Origin: a virus
IMG/VR virus record: IMGVR_UViG_3300028800_000006
Location: 1-64,000 of that record
Strand: one strand, 5' to 3'
DNA length: 64,000 nucleotides
Below, in pieces: positions 8,360 to 18,536 of the stretch. The position numbers and the translations under genes are program-made. The notes under the pieces were generated by a model. That model saw only the letters and a program-made list of their open reading frames with translations. It did no database searches and was not told the origin of the DNA. Positions within the stretch are counted from its first letter, which is position 1. Each line of letters starts with the position of its first letter.

Positions 8360-9172
8360 GTGACCGAACAAGAAAGGCTCATCAAGCAGTGGATGCCCCT
8401 CGCTTACCTCGTGGCGCGGGACTACTCGCGCCACTGCATCGGAACCGCTGAAGCTGACGACATTCGATCGGCGGCGCTGGAGGGCCTGGTGCGTGCGGCG
8501 CAGTCGTTCGACGTTGGGCGCGGAGCGACCTTCGCCACGCACGCCAGGAACATGATCGGGTGGTCGATCTGTGGCTATCGGGCTGGCAGCCACATGCTGA
8601 TGGGCCGGGGCGCGATGACCCACGCGCGGAAGCTGGGCAAGGCGCCGCCGGCCGTCACCTCGACTTCTGCGATCGAGAACTTCGAGGAGCGTGTGGCTGC
8701 GGGTGGGGGCGATGCATTCGACGACGCTGCCCTGGCTGAACAGCGGCAGCAGCTTCGGGCAGCCATCCGGCAGCTGCCGCGCAGAACGGCCGATGCAGTC
8801 TCGATGTACTACTTTGAGGAGCTGACGTTCGCTCAGTTGGGGAAGCGGCTGAAGCTCACCCGGCAGCGGGCTCAGCAGATCGTCGAGGACGGCGTGACCC
8901 GAGTGGCAGAGCTTGTACAGCGCCAGCAGCCTGCAGAGCAGGAGGCAGCTCTGCCTATCAAGTGGCGCGTGCCCAACGGCCAACGGGCGGCCTTGGCTTG
9001 GGGGCCTGTCGACGCAAACGGCTTCTCCGTGCACTACCTCTGCAATGGCACGGGGAAGATCGGCATGCAGCGCAGCGTGAAAGGGGAGCGGCGCATCGAC
9101 GTGCGCGCCTGTGAGGCGTGTTCGGGCAAGGGGCACCGCAGGCTTGCCGAGCCGCTCGCCTCCGCTGTATAA
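8360..9172 (+). CDS. Sigma-70-family sigma factor (regions 2 and 4) with C-terminal zinc-ribbon-like extension
   Basis: DIRSAALEGLVRAAQSFDVGRGATFATHA; LPRRTADAVSMYYFEELTFAQLGKRLKLTRQRAQQI; tail YLCNGTG...CEACSGKG. Confidence 0.88.
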   Translation: MTEQERLIKQWMPLAYLVARDYSRHCIGTAEADDIRSAALEGLVRAAQSFDVGRGATFATHARNMIGWSICGYRAGSHMLMGRGAMTHARKLGKAPPAVTSTSAIENFEERVAAGGGDAFDDAALAEQRQQLRAAIRQLPRRTADAVSMYYFEELTFAQLGKRLKLTRQRAQQIVEDGVTRVAELVQRQQPAEQEAALPIKWRVPNGQRAALAWGPVDANGFSVHYLCNGTGKIGMQRSVKGERRIDVRACEACSGKGHRRLAEPLASAV

Positions 9173-9180
9173 CTAGCCTC

Positions 9181-9414
9181 GTGGCGGACAACAGCATCTC
9201 GGACGCAGACTTCGTCAACTCCTTCCTGAAGGCGGCACGGGAGCGCAAGCTGTCCGTGGTCGCCATCTACGGCGTGCGCGAGGGGATGAACGCCAAGCTG
9301 CGGCTCGTGTCGAGCGTCGGGCCAGGCCCGACGCAAGGCGTACTGGCGTGGCTGCGCAGCCAGCCCAGTCTGGAAGCCGAGCAGGCGCCCGCCGAGCCGG
9401 AGCTGAAGCAGTGA
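9181..9414 (+). CDS. Hypothetical protein
   Basis: GTG 7 nt after TTGCCG-N18-TATAAC; coupled to next gene. Confidence 0.6.
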   Translation: MADNSISDADFVNSFLKAARERKLSVVAIYGVREGMNAKLRLVSSVGPGPTQGVLAWLRSQPSLEAEQAPAEPELKQ

Positions 9415-9629
9415 ATCCGCGGCTGAAGCAGTTTCTGCAGACCGTGGCACAGCTCGCCGGGCAGCTCGGGTCGCCGGTGCTGATCGTCGTGCGCGACCCC
9501 GGAACGCGTCGGGTTCACTTCGTGGGGACGCCGGGCTCGCTCGACAACATGAGGCCCGAGATCGCAGCGAAGGTGGGGGCGGGCGGCGGAGAAGAGCAGG
9601 CGGACGCGGGCTGGGAGAGCCACGTCTGA
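9411..9629 (+). CDS. Hypothetical protein
   Basis: GTGA overlap with previous gene. Confidence 0.6.
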   Translation: MNPRLKQFLQTVAQLAGQLGSPVLIVVRDPGTRRVHFVGTPGSLDNMRPEIAAKVGAGGGEEQADAGWESHV

Positions 9630-9865
9630 TGGGGTTCACCTCGTGCGCAACTGGTGGTCTCGGGTGCAACGACCCATCGACGTGTCAGGGGTGTGGTGGC
9701 CCGTTGCTCGAAGAGAACGTGCGTATCGCTGACGGCTGCCCGTGCAACGCTCCGCGTGGCGTGAATCATGGGCTGGTTTCGAAGGCGACGTGCACCTGCC
9801 TGGAGTGTGATCCGGCACAGACAGGACACGCCCGCGCTTTGCACGCTACGGTGACGACGAAGTGA
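9629..9865 (+). CDS. Cys-rich small protein
   Basis: Ten Cys in 78 aa; TGATG coupling. Confidence 0.55.
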   Translation: MGFTSCATGGLGCNDPSTCQGCGGPLLEENVRIADGCPCNAPRGVNHGLVSKATCTCLECDPAQTGHARALHATVTTK

Positions 9866-10103
9866 CCTGGCCCGGTAGCTGAGCAGCACTCGTCAGCCCT
9901 AACCAGAACCGCACCGACGTGGGGTGCTTGCCGAGCAGCCGGCCGATGTCTGAATAAGTGAGGTCAGGACACGTGGCGAACAATCGCTGGGCTGCGAGCT
10001 TCCGAGCGCGTGTCAAAGCAGCCCATCGGCGCCCTGATCGCATCTGGCGCACTGTCACGCTGGTCTCTCGTGCCACCTGGCACAGGATCTCGTTGGGGCT
10101 CAT
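9846..10103 (-). CDS. Stand-alone DnaA C-terminal (domain IV)-like HTH protein
   Basis: EILCQVARETSVTVRQMRSGRR..LTRARKLA...LTYSDIGRLLGKHPTSV. Confidence 0.75.
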   Translation of the reverse strand: MSPNEILCQVARETSVTVRQMRSGRRWAALTRARKLAAQRLFATCPDLTYSDIGRLLGKHPTSVRFWLGLTSAAQLPGQVTSSSP

Positions 10104-10612
10104 GCAGCGGCCTGCTGGAGGTTCAGCACAGCAAACGCGCCGTGGTGCTCCTGGGCGGCCCTGTCGTAGGCCCGCGCCGCCTCCACAGCGTCGTCGAAGT
10201 ACCCGAGGTGGAGTCGTCTGGCGTCCGTCGCGATTCGAGCCCGCCACTGGCCGCGCAGCTCGTCCCAGTGCACGCCCTTGTAGCCAGACGTGTTCGATCG
10301 GATGATGCCGCGGTTCCGGTTGTTATCGATGACGCGAGCGGCGCGGAGATTCAAGCGGGTGCAGTGCAGCCCGTCACCGTCTTCATGATCGACGACAGGA
10401 ACAGGCTCGCGGCCCCACAGGCGCCACAGGAACAGGTGCAGGTAGACGCGGCGGCCGTTGATGTGCGCGATGGCGTAGCGCGTGGTCCGTGTGCGTGAGG
10501 GGGAGTTCTGGTGGAGGGTCCAGCGGAAGGTGCTGACGATCTCGAAGTCGTCATCGTCGACTCCGGCAACACCGCCGCCGTGAAGGGGGAGAAGTCTCAC
10601 GGAATACCCCAT
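10100..10612 (-). CDS. HNH endonuclease with AP2 domain
   Basis: VDHEDGDGLHCTRLNLR; NTSGYKGV...LGYFDDAVEAARAYDRAA. Confidence 0.9.
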   Translation of the reverse strand: MGYSVRLLPLHGGGVAGVDDDDFEIVSTFRWTLHQNSPSRTRTTRYAIAHINGRRVYLHLFLWRLWGREPVPVVDHEDGDGLHCTRLNLRAARVIDNNRNRGIIRSNTSGYKGVHWDELRGQWRARIATDARRLHLGYFDDAVEAARAYDRAAQEHHGAFAVLNLQQAAA

Positions 10613-11199
10613 GTTTTGTGCGCCTGCGTGCTCAGCGCCCATCGACCATCACTGTTGCGTGCATCAAGCAACAGGTTCATCACGTGGCTGATGTTCGTGG
10701 CGCCTGTCGGATCTGTCAACGGCTGCAGGTAACGATGGAAGAACGTGGTCTCACGGTCGAGTTCATCGATCTCGCGCCATCCCCAGGAGGACGGAACGAC
10801 GAGCTTCAGTGTGTTACCTGTCCGGTGAGCGTAGCCTGGCGTTTTGGGCGAAACCGTTAACCACTCCACAGGAAGACCTGGAAGCGCCCTGATGCCGCTG
10901 GTTTCTACGTGTACGCGAAAGCGTGCACTATTCAAGCGGTCCACGAGTGCTGTCAGATCGTGATCTGATGGCTCGCCACCCGTGACACATACGATCCCTG
11001 TGGGGGCCAACTGCACGCACTGCGCGATGATCTCATCGGCGGTGCACGATCTAGTAGCTTTCCACGGCGCCTCATCGCACACAGCACGGATGTGACAGTC
11101 GCGCACAGAACATCCTGCAAGGCGCACGAACGTCATCGGATAGCCGACGAAGTGACCTTCACCCTGGAACGATCGAAAGATACGCGTGACTGGGTACAT
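10597..11199 (-). CDS. queE: 7-carboxy-7-deazaguanine synthase (radical SAM)
   Basis: IFRSFQGEG..G.PMTFVRLAGC, VTGGEP, VETSG, WLTVSPK, YLQP, LSTQAHK; ATG overlaps queC stop. Confidence 0.9.
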   Translation of the reverse strand: MYPVTRIFRSFQGEGHFVGYPMTFVRLAGCSVRDCHIRAVCDEAPWKATRSCTADEIIAQCVQLAPTGIVCVTGGEPSDHDLTALVDRLNSARFRVHVETSGIRALPGLPVEWLTVSPKTPGYAHRTGNTLKLVVPSSWGWREIDELDRETTFFHRYLQPLTDPTGATNISHVMNLLLDARNSDGRWALSTQAHKTWGIP

Positions 11200-11879
11200 C
11201 ACACGTACTCCGTCGGGTCCAGCACACCAGCAGTCGTGAAGCCCTGCGAACGGATCTGGCAAGAGTCACAGCGCCCGCAAGCTCGTGTGCCGACTGGATC
11301 GTAGCAGGAGTGCGTCAGGCTGTAGTCCACGCCCAACCGAATGCCTTCGCGGATGATGTCGGCCTTTGTCATCGCGATCAGCGGTGCATGAATCTCCCAG
11401 AGCGTCCCACGCGCTCCGGCACGTGTTCCAACCGCAGCCATGGTCTCGAACGCGCGCAGGAACTCTGGACGGCAGTCAGGGTACCCGGAGTAGTCGACCG
11501 CGTTCATGCCTGCGACGATGTGGCGCGTTCCGAGCACCTCGGCCCACGCCAGGGCGAAACACAGAAACAGTGCATTTCGTGCCGGTACGTACGTGATCGG
11601 AATGTCGGCGGACATTGCCGTAGTGTCTCTGTCCTTCGGCACGTCAATGCTGTCCGTGAGGGCCGAGCCACCAATCCAGTTCAGGTCGATCGTGGCTACT
11701 CGATGTGCGGTCACACCAAGAGTCTTTGCAACATACGCTGCCGCCTCAAGCTCCACAGCGTGGCGCTGCCCGTATCGAAATGACAGTGCGTGGCAGTCGA
11801 GTCCTTGTGCAAGTGCCCACGCTAGTGCTGTGGTTGAGTCGACTCCGCCAGACAGAAGAACAACAGCTTTTTCTTTCAT
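11199..11879 (-). CDS. queC: 7-cyano-7-deazaguanine synthase
   Basis: [45 protein letters not shown]. Confidence 0.96.
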   Translation of the reverse strand: MKEKAVVLLSGGVDSTTALAWALAQGLDCHALSFRYGQRHAVELEAAAYVAKTLGVTAHRVATIDLNWIGGSALTDSIDVPKDRDTTAMSADIPITYVPARNALFLCFALAWAEVLGTRHIVAGMNAVDYSGYPDCRPEFLRAFETMAAVGTRAGARGTLWEIHAPLIAMTKADIIREGIRLGVDYSLTHSCYDPVGTRACGRCDSCQIRSQGFTTAGVLDPTEYV

Positions 11880-11880
11880 C

Positions 11881-12693
11881 TCACGTCTCCTTTACTTCTT
11901 GAAGCAGTTCACGCCGCCACTGGAGCGCCCAGTCAGGGCAGTTAGCGCAGTTCTTGTGCCCGGTGCGCCGACGATCGCCTGGCGTGTCGTGCCCCGGTAA
12001 GAGCACAGGGTTCTGCCTGGCCGTGTCGCTCCACGCCGTCGAGTCGGCGCTGTGCAAGACGGACATGCAGTTCCTCACCCCAGCCTTTTTGAATCCAAAA
12101 CCATGGAGGCGCAGCCCGTCGCTGGCAAGCGTCGTCATGATAGTGGTTGCCTCAGCAGTCGACTGCCGGCGACACACAGTGCCCACGCCTACGGTCGCCT
12201 CGTCGCGGAGCCGTACGCCAGCCTTTTCGTATAACTCCTGGCAGCGCCAGTAGTCTGTCAGCTTCCACCCCTGCAAGACAGGGATGACGCGATCACCGAG
12301 CAGCTTGCGTAGGCGCATGAAGTTGGCGACCGTGTTGCGCTGATGAGTCAGAACGGATTTTCCTGTTCCGGCGAAAACAACACCACGTGCCGCGCGTCCA
12401 CCAGCCAGCACGATCGGTTCGCACATCCAGTCTTGCGGCGCAGCCCACAACAGACGCTTGCCGTAGAAGGCGATGTATCTGGACACCTCATCTGCATAGG
12501 CTTCGGGGGAGATTGTCCACCGACCGTGCATCTGCAGTTCTGTGAACCCGCCAGAGTCGAGCGCGAAACAACCGGCAGCCGTTGGAAGAGTCGAGTAGCG
12601 CGCGAGGCGGCGGCGCGAGATGAACAGTGGCACATCAGCAAAGCGCGGGTCTGACAGCCAGCCCGGCTGGTGTGTTCCTAAGAAGAAGCGCAT
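11881..12693 (-). CDS. TGT-like DNA guanine transglycosylase (DpdA-like)
   Basis: [36 protein letters not shown]; directly upstream of queC-queE. Confidence 0.78.
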   Translation of the reverse strand: MRFFLGTHQPGWLSDPRFADVPLFISRRRLARYSTLPTAAGCFALDSGGFTELQMHGRWTISPEAYADEVSRYIAFYGKRLLWAAPQDWMCEPIVLAGGRAARGVVFAGTGKSVLTHQRNTVANFMRLRKLLGDRVIPVLQGWKLTDYWRCQELYEKAGVRLRDEATVGVGTVCRRQSTAEATTIMTTLASDGLRLHGFGFKKAGVRNCMSVLHSADSTAWSDTARQNPVLLPGHDTPGDRRRTGHKNCANCPDWALQWRRELLQEVKET

Positions 12694-12705
12694 CAGACGA
12701 CGTTC

Positions 12706-13962
12706 TTAGGTCCCACCAGGCACATCCTGCGCGTTCAGCGGGCGGATCGGCAGCACCCTGCCCCCCACATCTCCCGTGCTCTTGCGGTACACCGCCTCGA
12801 TGCCGCTCGTGTTCGCCATGACGATCGAATTCTCTTCACGAAGCGTGTGGATGATCGTCTCCAAGAAGGTCGACTCCATGCGCACGCGGCGGAGAAGGTC
12901 TCGCCGGCTGATGCCGATCTGCCCTGTGCTCTCGACGGCATCGAGCACGCGCTGCCTGTCGCGCTCCCAGACGCCGAGCGCGAGCCGCTCGCCCAGGTGG
13001 AAGATCGACGGCAGGTACAGCTGCTCGACGAACAGGATCGCCCGTGTCATCGCCTCGTACGACACGAGCCAGCCGTTGCCTGCCGCAGGCTCGCCCATGT
13101 CAGCCGCGTAGAGGAGCGCTACCTTCGCGGCGAGCGTCGTGGCGCCGGAGATGTGCGTCTGCATGCGGGACGGCGCCGAGTTGGATTGCGCGTCGCGCGT
13201 GCGTGACCACTGCTCGAACACGTTCCAGGCTTGCGGGCTGAAGCCACCGCAGGGGTGGAACGGATAGTTGATCATGTTGTACAGAACGCCGATGAGGTAG
13301 TTGCGGGCGGCCGGCCACACCGTGGGCATCCTGAAATCCTCGCGCTCACCGTAGAGAAGCAGCATCCGGCTGAAGAAGCCACCGGTCCAGTCTTCTGTGT
13401 CGGTATAGGCGAAGAGAAGGTCCGTCGAGATCGCGCTCTGCATCGACAGACAGATCGGCGGCTCAATGACCGTTTTGGCCTTGCGCAAATTGCGCACGTA
13501 CGCGCGATCGGGAGGCCAGTCGTAGAGATCCATCAAGCACGTGCGGATCGGCTCTCCGTATCCCCGTTGCGTGGTTTTCATGAAGTGCCCGAACTCGCGA
13601 TAGGTGAGCAGGCCGTGTGGTGTAGACCGGATCTGCGCGATCAGCTCTTCGTAGGACCCCGGGATCGGAATCACCAGCTCAGGGTTCGCGGTCTGCAGCA
13701 GATCGATTCCGATGTCCATCGACCCAGTCTTTCGCGCCGACCGGCTCGGGCCCACCAGCAGCGTGTACAGGTTCGGCATCAGAGTGCGCCCGGCCATCCA
13801 CGGACACGAGATCTTCCGGCCAATCGAGCTTGCTAGGACGGTTAGCCCAACACCTACGTGGTAAATCTCGGGCGCATCGGAACACTGAGCCGCGTACTGT
13901 ACGTAACTACGGAGGAATCCCATACTCTGCGGCAGCGATTGCGAGATGCGGTCGGAGAGCAT
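12706..13962 (-). CDS. DUF3987/YfjI-like P-loop protein, putative replicative helicase, with C-terminal winged helix
   Basis: NLYTLLVGPSRSARKT, LMDLYD, GGFFSRMLL. Confidence 0.75.
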   Translation of the reverse strand: MLSDRISQSLPQSMGFLRSYVQYAAQCSDAPEIYHVGVGLTVLASSIGRKISCPWMAGRTLMPNLYTLLVGPSRSARKTGSMDIGIDLLQTANPELVIPIPGSYEELIAQIRSTPHGLLTYREFGHFMKTTQRGYGEPIRTCLMDLYDWPPDRAYVRNLRKAKTVIEPPICLSMQSAISTDLLFAYTDTEDWTGGFFSRMLLLYGEREDFRMPTVWPAARNYLIGVLYNMINYPFHPCGGFSPQAWNVFEQWSRTRDAQSNSAPSRMQTHISGATTLAAKVALLYAADMGEPAAGNGWLVSYEAMTRAILFVEQLYLPSIFHLGERLALGVWERDRQRVLDAVESTGQIGISRRDLLRRVRMESTFLETIIHTLREENSIVMANTSGIEAVYRKSTGDVGGRVLPIRPLNAQDVPGGT

Positions 13963-13989
13963 GCGGCCCTCTTGTGTACCCGATCAGGA

Positions 13990-14070
13990 ACAATGACGTC
14001 AAGAACGTAGAATACTCGTGACACGAGAAAAATAATTCTTGACGGTTTTGTCCGGACGGCGTTACAACTT
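13990..14070. promoter_or_regulatory. Divergent promoter region
   Basis: AT-rich gap between divergent operons; TTGACG-N18-TACAAC on + strand. Confidence 0.6.
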
Positions 14071-14088
14071 GCGACCGTACGCCCCGCC

Positions 14089-15783
14089 ATGACAGTCGCT
14101 CCGATTTCACTGCCGCCTCCGCCTGCGCGCGTTATTCTGCAACCGTCCTTACACGGTCGCGGAGTCCGGAACTACGTGTATTCGGGCGAGGTTGACGAAT
14201 GGCACGCGCCTGGAGTGCTCGTGAAGGGAGGCGCTTCGCGCTGCGCCGTCGATGCGGCCTGGTTGGTGGAACGGGTGCTCGGACCGGCCAAGAAGGCGCC
14301 AGTCATCTGGCCCGGCGTCCCCGGCGTTCGTGATCGCGCAGTCCAGCTGGGAGCAGATCGGGGGCTCTACCGCTACCAGCAGGAGGGCGCTGCTTTTCTC
14401 GCTGAGCGCGACTACGCTGGCCTGTTCGACCAACCGGGTGTTGGTAAGACAGCGCAGTCGCTGATCGCGGCAGAGGCGCGGCTTGCGATGGCGGTTGTCC
14501 CTTCACCGACGATGCCGTGCGTGCTGATCCTCTGCCCGGCGCTGGCGAAGCGCCACTGGCAGCGAGAGGTCACGAAGTGGACAGGACATGAGGCATCCGT
14601 GCTGCAGTCGCTGACGCCCACGGAGCTGCCGCAGACCCGCTACGTGATCTGCAACTACGACATCCTGTACGGGGCCCAGCGCCGAGATGCATCTGGCGTG
14701 AAACACGAAGTCGAGCATCTTCCTGGCTGGGCGATGACGCTGGCGGGCCGATTCCCGATCGTGATCATCGACGAGGCTCATGCCTATCGCGGCCGGCAGT
14801 CGCGGCGCACGCAGGTGACGAAGAAGATGCTGAAGGGCGTACCGGTCGTGTGGGCGCTGACCGGCACGCCGATGCCAAACTACGTGCGTGATCTGTGGGC
14901 GCTGATCGATCTCATCAGCGACGGACTGTGGGGCTTCAGCTACTGGAGCTGGGCCAAGAAATACTGCGGAGCGGCCCAGGCGCAGTACGGCTGGAAGGAC
15001 ACTGGCGCGGACAATCTGCCCGAGCTGTCTGCGCGGATGACGTACTTCACCATCGGGCGGAGCGCTGACACCGTGGGTCTGGAGCTGCCGGAGAAGCGCC
15101 GCGAGATTTACCGTGTCGACGTCACCGTGAGCGCGCCGACCGTGCACGAAGGCCACCAGGCGATGACGAAGAGTGGATTCGTGGCGAAGGCGCTGCGGAT
15201 GACGGCGCGGGCGAAGCGCTCTGCGGTCGTGGCCCAGGTGGTCGAGGCGCTCGAAGCAAAGCAGAAGGTCGTGGTGTTCGTGTACATGCGCGAGCAGGCG
15301 GAAGAGGTCGCGAAGGCCGTGCGCGAAAAGATCGACTGCCCGATCAGCTGCGTGCACGGAGACCTGACGCCGGACGGCCGCGACAAGCAGGCGGAGATCT
15401 TCCGTGAGATCGCCGCGCCGGCAGCGTTCATCGCCACGATCGATTCGGTGGGCGTGGCCATCTCGCTGGTGGGCGCTGATCTCGTGCTCTATGGCGATCT
15501 CGTGCCCGAGCCCTGGAAGCTGCTGCAGTCGGAGAAGCGCTGCCATCGGCACGGAAGCACGAAGCGCGTGCTCGTCCGCTACCTCATTGGAACAGGCACG
15601 CTTGATGAAGGTGTGGCGGAGACCGTGGTCGAGAAGCTCGCGGCCATCGAGGCGGCGCTGGGCGCGGACACGGAGTCACAAGAGGTCTCTGGGATGCTCG
15701 GTGGCGAGCGCAAGACGGACGAGACGATCATCGACTGTCTGTTCGCGCGGCTGAAGGCGATGAAAGGGAGCGAAGACGAATGA
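14089..15783 (+). CDS. SNF2-family helicase
   Basis: DQPGVGKT, IIDEAH, LTGTPMPN, QSEKRCHRHG. Confidence 0.92.
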   Translation: MTVAPISLPPPPARVILQPSLHGRGVRNYVYSGEVDEWHAPGVLVKGGASRCAVDAAWLVERVLGPAKKAPVIWPGVPGVRDRAVQLGADRGLYRYQQEGAAFLAERDYAGLFDQPGVGKTAQSLIAAEARLAMAVVPSPTMPCVLILCPALAKRHWQREVTKWTGHEASVLQSLTPTELPQTRYVICNYDILYGAQRRDASGVKHEVEHLPGWAMTLAGRFPIVIIDEAHAYRGRQSRRTQVTKKMLKGVPVVWALTGTPMPNYVRDLWALIDLISDGLWGFSYWSWAKKYCGAAQAQYGWKDTGADNLPELSARMTYFTIGRSADTVGLELPEKRREIYRVDVTVSAPTVHEGHQAMTKSGFVAKALRMTARAKRSAVVAQVVEALEAKQKVVVFVYMREQAEEVAKAVREKIDCPISCVHGDLTPDGRDKQAEIFREIAAPAAFIATIDSVGVAISLVGADLVLYGDLVPEPWKLLQSEKRCHRHGSTKRVLVRYLIGTGTLDEGVAETVVEKLAAIEAALGADTESQEVSGMLGGERKTDETIIDCLFARLKAMKGSEDE

Positions 15784-16343
15784 CGAAGCTGGTGTGGATC
15801 GACATCGAAACGACTGGACTGAAGCCCGTAGGTGACGAGATCTTGGAGATCGCTTTAGCTGAATCGCGCCTCGACGACCCATTCAACATCAAGCACGTCT
15901 ACCATCGTGTGCTCAAGTTCCAGCGTGCCCCCGAGGATCCAATCAGTCCGTTCGTGTTGGAGATGCACACGAAAAACGGCCTCTTCGAGGAGTGCGCGAA
16001 GAGCGATATGCCGTGCCTCATTGCGCTACAAGAGGCTGCGAGGCTCATCGTCGCCGGGACGGATAAAGACAATCCGCCGGTCTTGGCTGGATCTTCGGTT
16101 CACTTCGACCATTCCTTCATTCGTCGCTATGAGTATTACGCGGAAGAGCTGAAGCTGATCTCACACCGCTACTACGACGTGTCGGCAATCAAGCTCTTCT
16201 GTCAGTCGTTGGGGATGCCGAAGTTCCGGAAGGGCGAGGCCCACCGGGCAGTGCCCGACATTGAAGAGTCAGTGGCCCACGCAGCGCAGTGCGCGTTGTG
16301 GCTGAAGGACGGCGTGGCTGCAGCCGTGGCTCGAAAGCACTGA
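15780..16343 (+). CDS. DEDDh 3'-5' exonuclease, oligoribonuclease-like
   Basis: WIDIETTGL, MHTKNGL, LAGSSVHFD, HRAVPDIEES. Confidence 0.9.
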   Translation: MTKLVWIDIETTGLKPVGDEILEIALAESRLDDPFNIKHVYHRVLKFQRAPEDPISPFVLEMHTKNGLFEECAKSDMPCLIALQEAARLIVAGTDKDNPPVLAGSSVHFDHSFIRRYEYYAEELKLISHRYYDVSAIKLFCQSLGMPKFRKGEAHRAVPDIEESVAHAAQCALWLKDGVAAAVARKH

Positions 16344-16344
16344 G

Positions 16345-17241
16345 ATGCCCGACACCCGTTCACCTGAAGAGCCCGGTCTCGCGAAGGTCATTCGTCCGGG
16401 GCACCGCTTCGGCCCCAAGGAAGTGAATCCGATCCACCGCACGGCGGTCTCTGGGATCACTGCTTTCGCTGTGTGCCCTCAGTACCACGCGTTCGGCTAC
16501 GAGATGAATCTCAAGGCCGCGGACGAGAAGCCGGCGCGCAAGGTCGGCACGCTGGTGCACGTGGGGCTCGCCTACCGCTACGGCGCGCTGCTGCCAGTGA
16601 AGCCGGAGTGGATGGTGTATCCGGACGCGCGCACGGCGCTCTGGACGGTCGCACAGGGGGACATCGAGGCCGGCACCGAGGCGCTGCGGATTTTCGACGC
16701 CTATCAGGCGCACTACCCCATCGAGCAGAATATCTGGGAGCCCGTTCTCGTCGAGCACCAGTTCGAGGTGACGATGGACGTGGACGGCAAGCCCGAGCGC
16801 TACACCCTCCGGATCGATCTGCTGGCTCGGGACATGCGCGACGGGGCGCTCGTGCTGGTCGACCACAAGACGACATTCAAGCTCACGCGGAACACCGGCT
16901 ACAGCTACCGCGCCGATCGCGAGATGCTCACCGGCCTGGCGCTGTGCAAGGCGAATGGGTACGACATCCAGCGCGTTGTCATCAACGCCATGACGAAGGA
17001 GCGGCCTGAGCCCCACTTCGGGCGCTTCGATGTGCCTCTCTCCGAGGCTGCGTACAACGATCTCGGACCGAACACGCTGTACTGGATTCGCCAGATGCGA
17101 GCTGTGCAGGTGAGCCATCCTGACCCGCGCAATCGGCCGAAGGTGTGGGAGTCGTGCGTTCGCAAGTACGGCATCTGCGATATGTGGCCGATCTGTTCAG
17201 ATGGGCTGCACCGCATCGCTGAATTCACGAAGAAGTGGTGA
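16345..17241 (+). CDS. PD-(D/E)XK nuclease, Cas4/RecB-like
   Basis: GTLVH, RIDLL, VDHKT; one N-terminal and three C-terminal Cys. Confidence 0.85.
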   Translation: MPDTRSPEEPGLAKVIRPGHRFGPKEVNPIHRTAVSGITAFAVCPQYHAFGYEMNLKAADEKPARKVGTLVHVGLAYRYGALLPVKPEWMVYPDARTALWTVAQGDIEAGTEALRIFDAYQAHYPIEQNIWEPVLVEHQFEVTMDVDGKPERYTLRIDLLARDMRDGALVLVDHKTTFKLTRNTGYSYRADREMLTGLALCKANGYDIQRVVINAMTKERPEPHFGRFDVPLSEAAYNDLGPNTLYWIRQMRAVQVSHPDPRNRPKVWESCVRKYGICDMWPICSDGLHRIAEFTKKW

Positions 17242-17244
17242 TTC

Positions 17245-17454
17245 ATGCCAGATAACTGGACAGACAAGGAGCTGATGGGGTACTTCGTGATCCACGCGAA
17301 GACCGATCGCGCTCTCTTCCACGTGGATCACGTTCGCATGATGTTTGCACTGGCCGAAGAGACGCACGGGCTGCCGGCTGACGGGTTCGTGGCTGTTCCC
17401 TACTGTGATTGGAGAGACACGATCGAACGTGCGCTAGCTGCCGCCACTACTTGA
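17245..17454 (+). CDS. Hypothetical protein
   Basis: In-operon ORF. Confidence 0.6.
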   Translation: MPDNWTDKELMGYFVIHAKTDRALFHVDHVRMMFALAEETHGLPADGFVAVPYCDWRDTIERALAAATT

Positions 17455-17466
17455 AAGGAAAACGCC

Positions 17467-18279
17467 ATGGGAAACAAAGTCAAGAAACCAGAACGAGCTG
17501 ATCTGCAGGCCATATTCAAGCGGGGGTCAACTTCAGTAGACCCGCACGATCTGGTGCTCATCACTGACAAGCGGGATCCGATGTACGACGCGCGAATCAA
17601 CCTGGCCGTCCCTGACGAGGACGTGCTGAACTTGGCTGCGGTCGGGTTCGTGCAGCCTGTCGCTGTGCGCTTGCGCGGTGATGATCCCGTGATCGTGGAT
17701 GGCGTTCAGCGGGTGAAGCGTGCGCTCGTCATCAACGCCATCACTGGCGTGCATCCGTACACCGGCCGTGTTCCGTCCATCATGGAGGCGATCAGCCGTA
17801 TGGGCGGCACGGACTCGTACGCAGGCAAACGTGTGATCGAGCTGGCGCCAAAAGGCGTGAAGGTTCCGATCAGTGTCCACCGCGGCAAAGAGGCCGATGC
17901 CTTTGCGGCGAAGGTCTCGGCCAACGAGTTTCGCCAGGGCGATACCATCATCGAGAAGGCCCGCAAGGCGCAGCAGCTCAACAACCACGGGCATGACGCG
18001 GCTGACATCGCGGCCATGTTCAAGGTCCACGTAGGCACCGTGAAGCGTTGGCTGGCCATGGACACCGAGAAGGAGCGCGGGCCGCGGAAGAAGCGAGCGA
18101 AGCTCGATCGACCTACGCCTGCGCGGGTTCAGAAGGTGCTTCTGGCAAGTGACGCACCAAAGTGGACGGCGCGTGAGGCTCTTATGGTCGCGTGGCTTTG
18201 CGGTCGCGCCAAGGACGCCGAGCTGTTCGAGGCGTTCCCGTTCCTCAAGCCCGCTGAAGCCGAATCTGAGGCCGCGTGA
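17467..18279 (+). CDS. ParB-like protein with HTH
   Basis: GFVQPVAV..VIVDGVQRV; SANEFR; DIAAMFKVHVGTVKRWL. Confidence 0.75.
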   Translation: MGNKVKKPERADLQAIFKRGSTSVDPHDLVLITDKRDPMYDARINLAVPDEDVLNLAAVGFVQPVAVRLRGDDPVIVDGVQRVKRALVINAITGVHPYTGRVPSIMEAISRMGGTDSYAGKRVIELAPKGVKVPISVHRGKEADAFAAKVSANEFRQGDTIIEKARKAQQLNNHGHDAADIAAMFKVHVGTVKRWLAMDTEKERGPRKKRAKLDRPTPARVQKVLLASDAPKWTAREALMVAWLCGRAKDAELFEAFPFLKPAEAESEAA

Positions 18280-18536
18280 TGCCGCGAGCATCGACGGCAG
18301 AGGAGCGCAAGACCATCATCGACGCGGCTACCGATCTCATCGGCGCAGGCGTAGCGCGGGTCAAAGTCATCGAGATGCTATTCGCGGCTGCAGCGAGTCT
18401 GGCTGTCCCGCACGTGGACGACTCGACGTGCACGGATGGCCGAGGACTGTGCCGCGCGTGCTTCACCGAGAGTGCGGAAGACACTTACGATCGCGTGCAG
18501 GTGTTGGACGCCAGGAGGTCAGAGCGTGCCCATTGA
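18276..18536 (+). CDS. Hypothetical protein
   Basis: Coupled ORF with H..C..CxxC. Confidence 0.6.
   Translation: MMPRASTAEERKTIIDAATDLIGAGVARVKVIEMLFAAAASLAVPHVDDSTCTDGRGLCRACFTESAEDTYDRVQVLDARRSERAH

Noticed and set aside
16345-17241. CRISPR-Cas system suggested by the Cas4-like nuclease
   Set aside because: No repeat-spacer array or other cas genes; the context is a phage recombination operon
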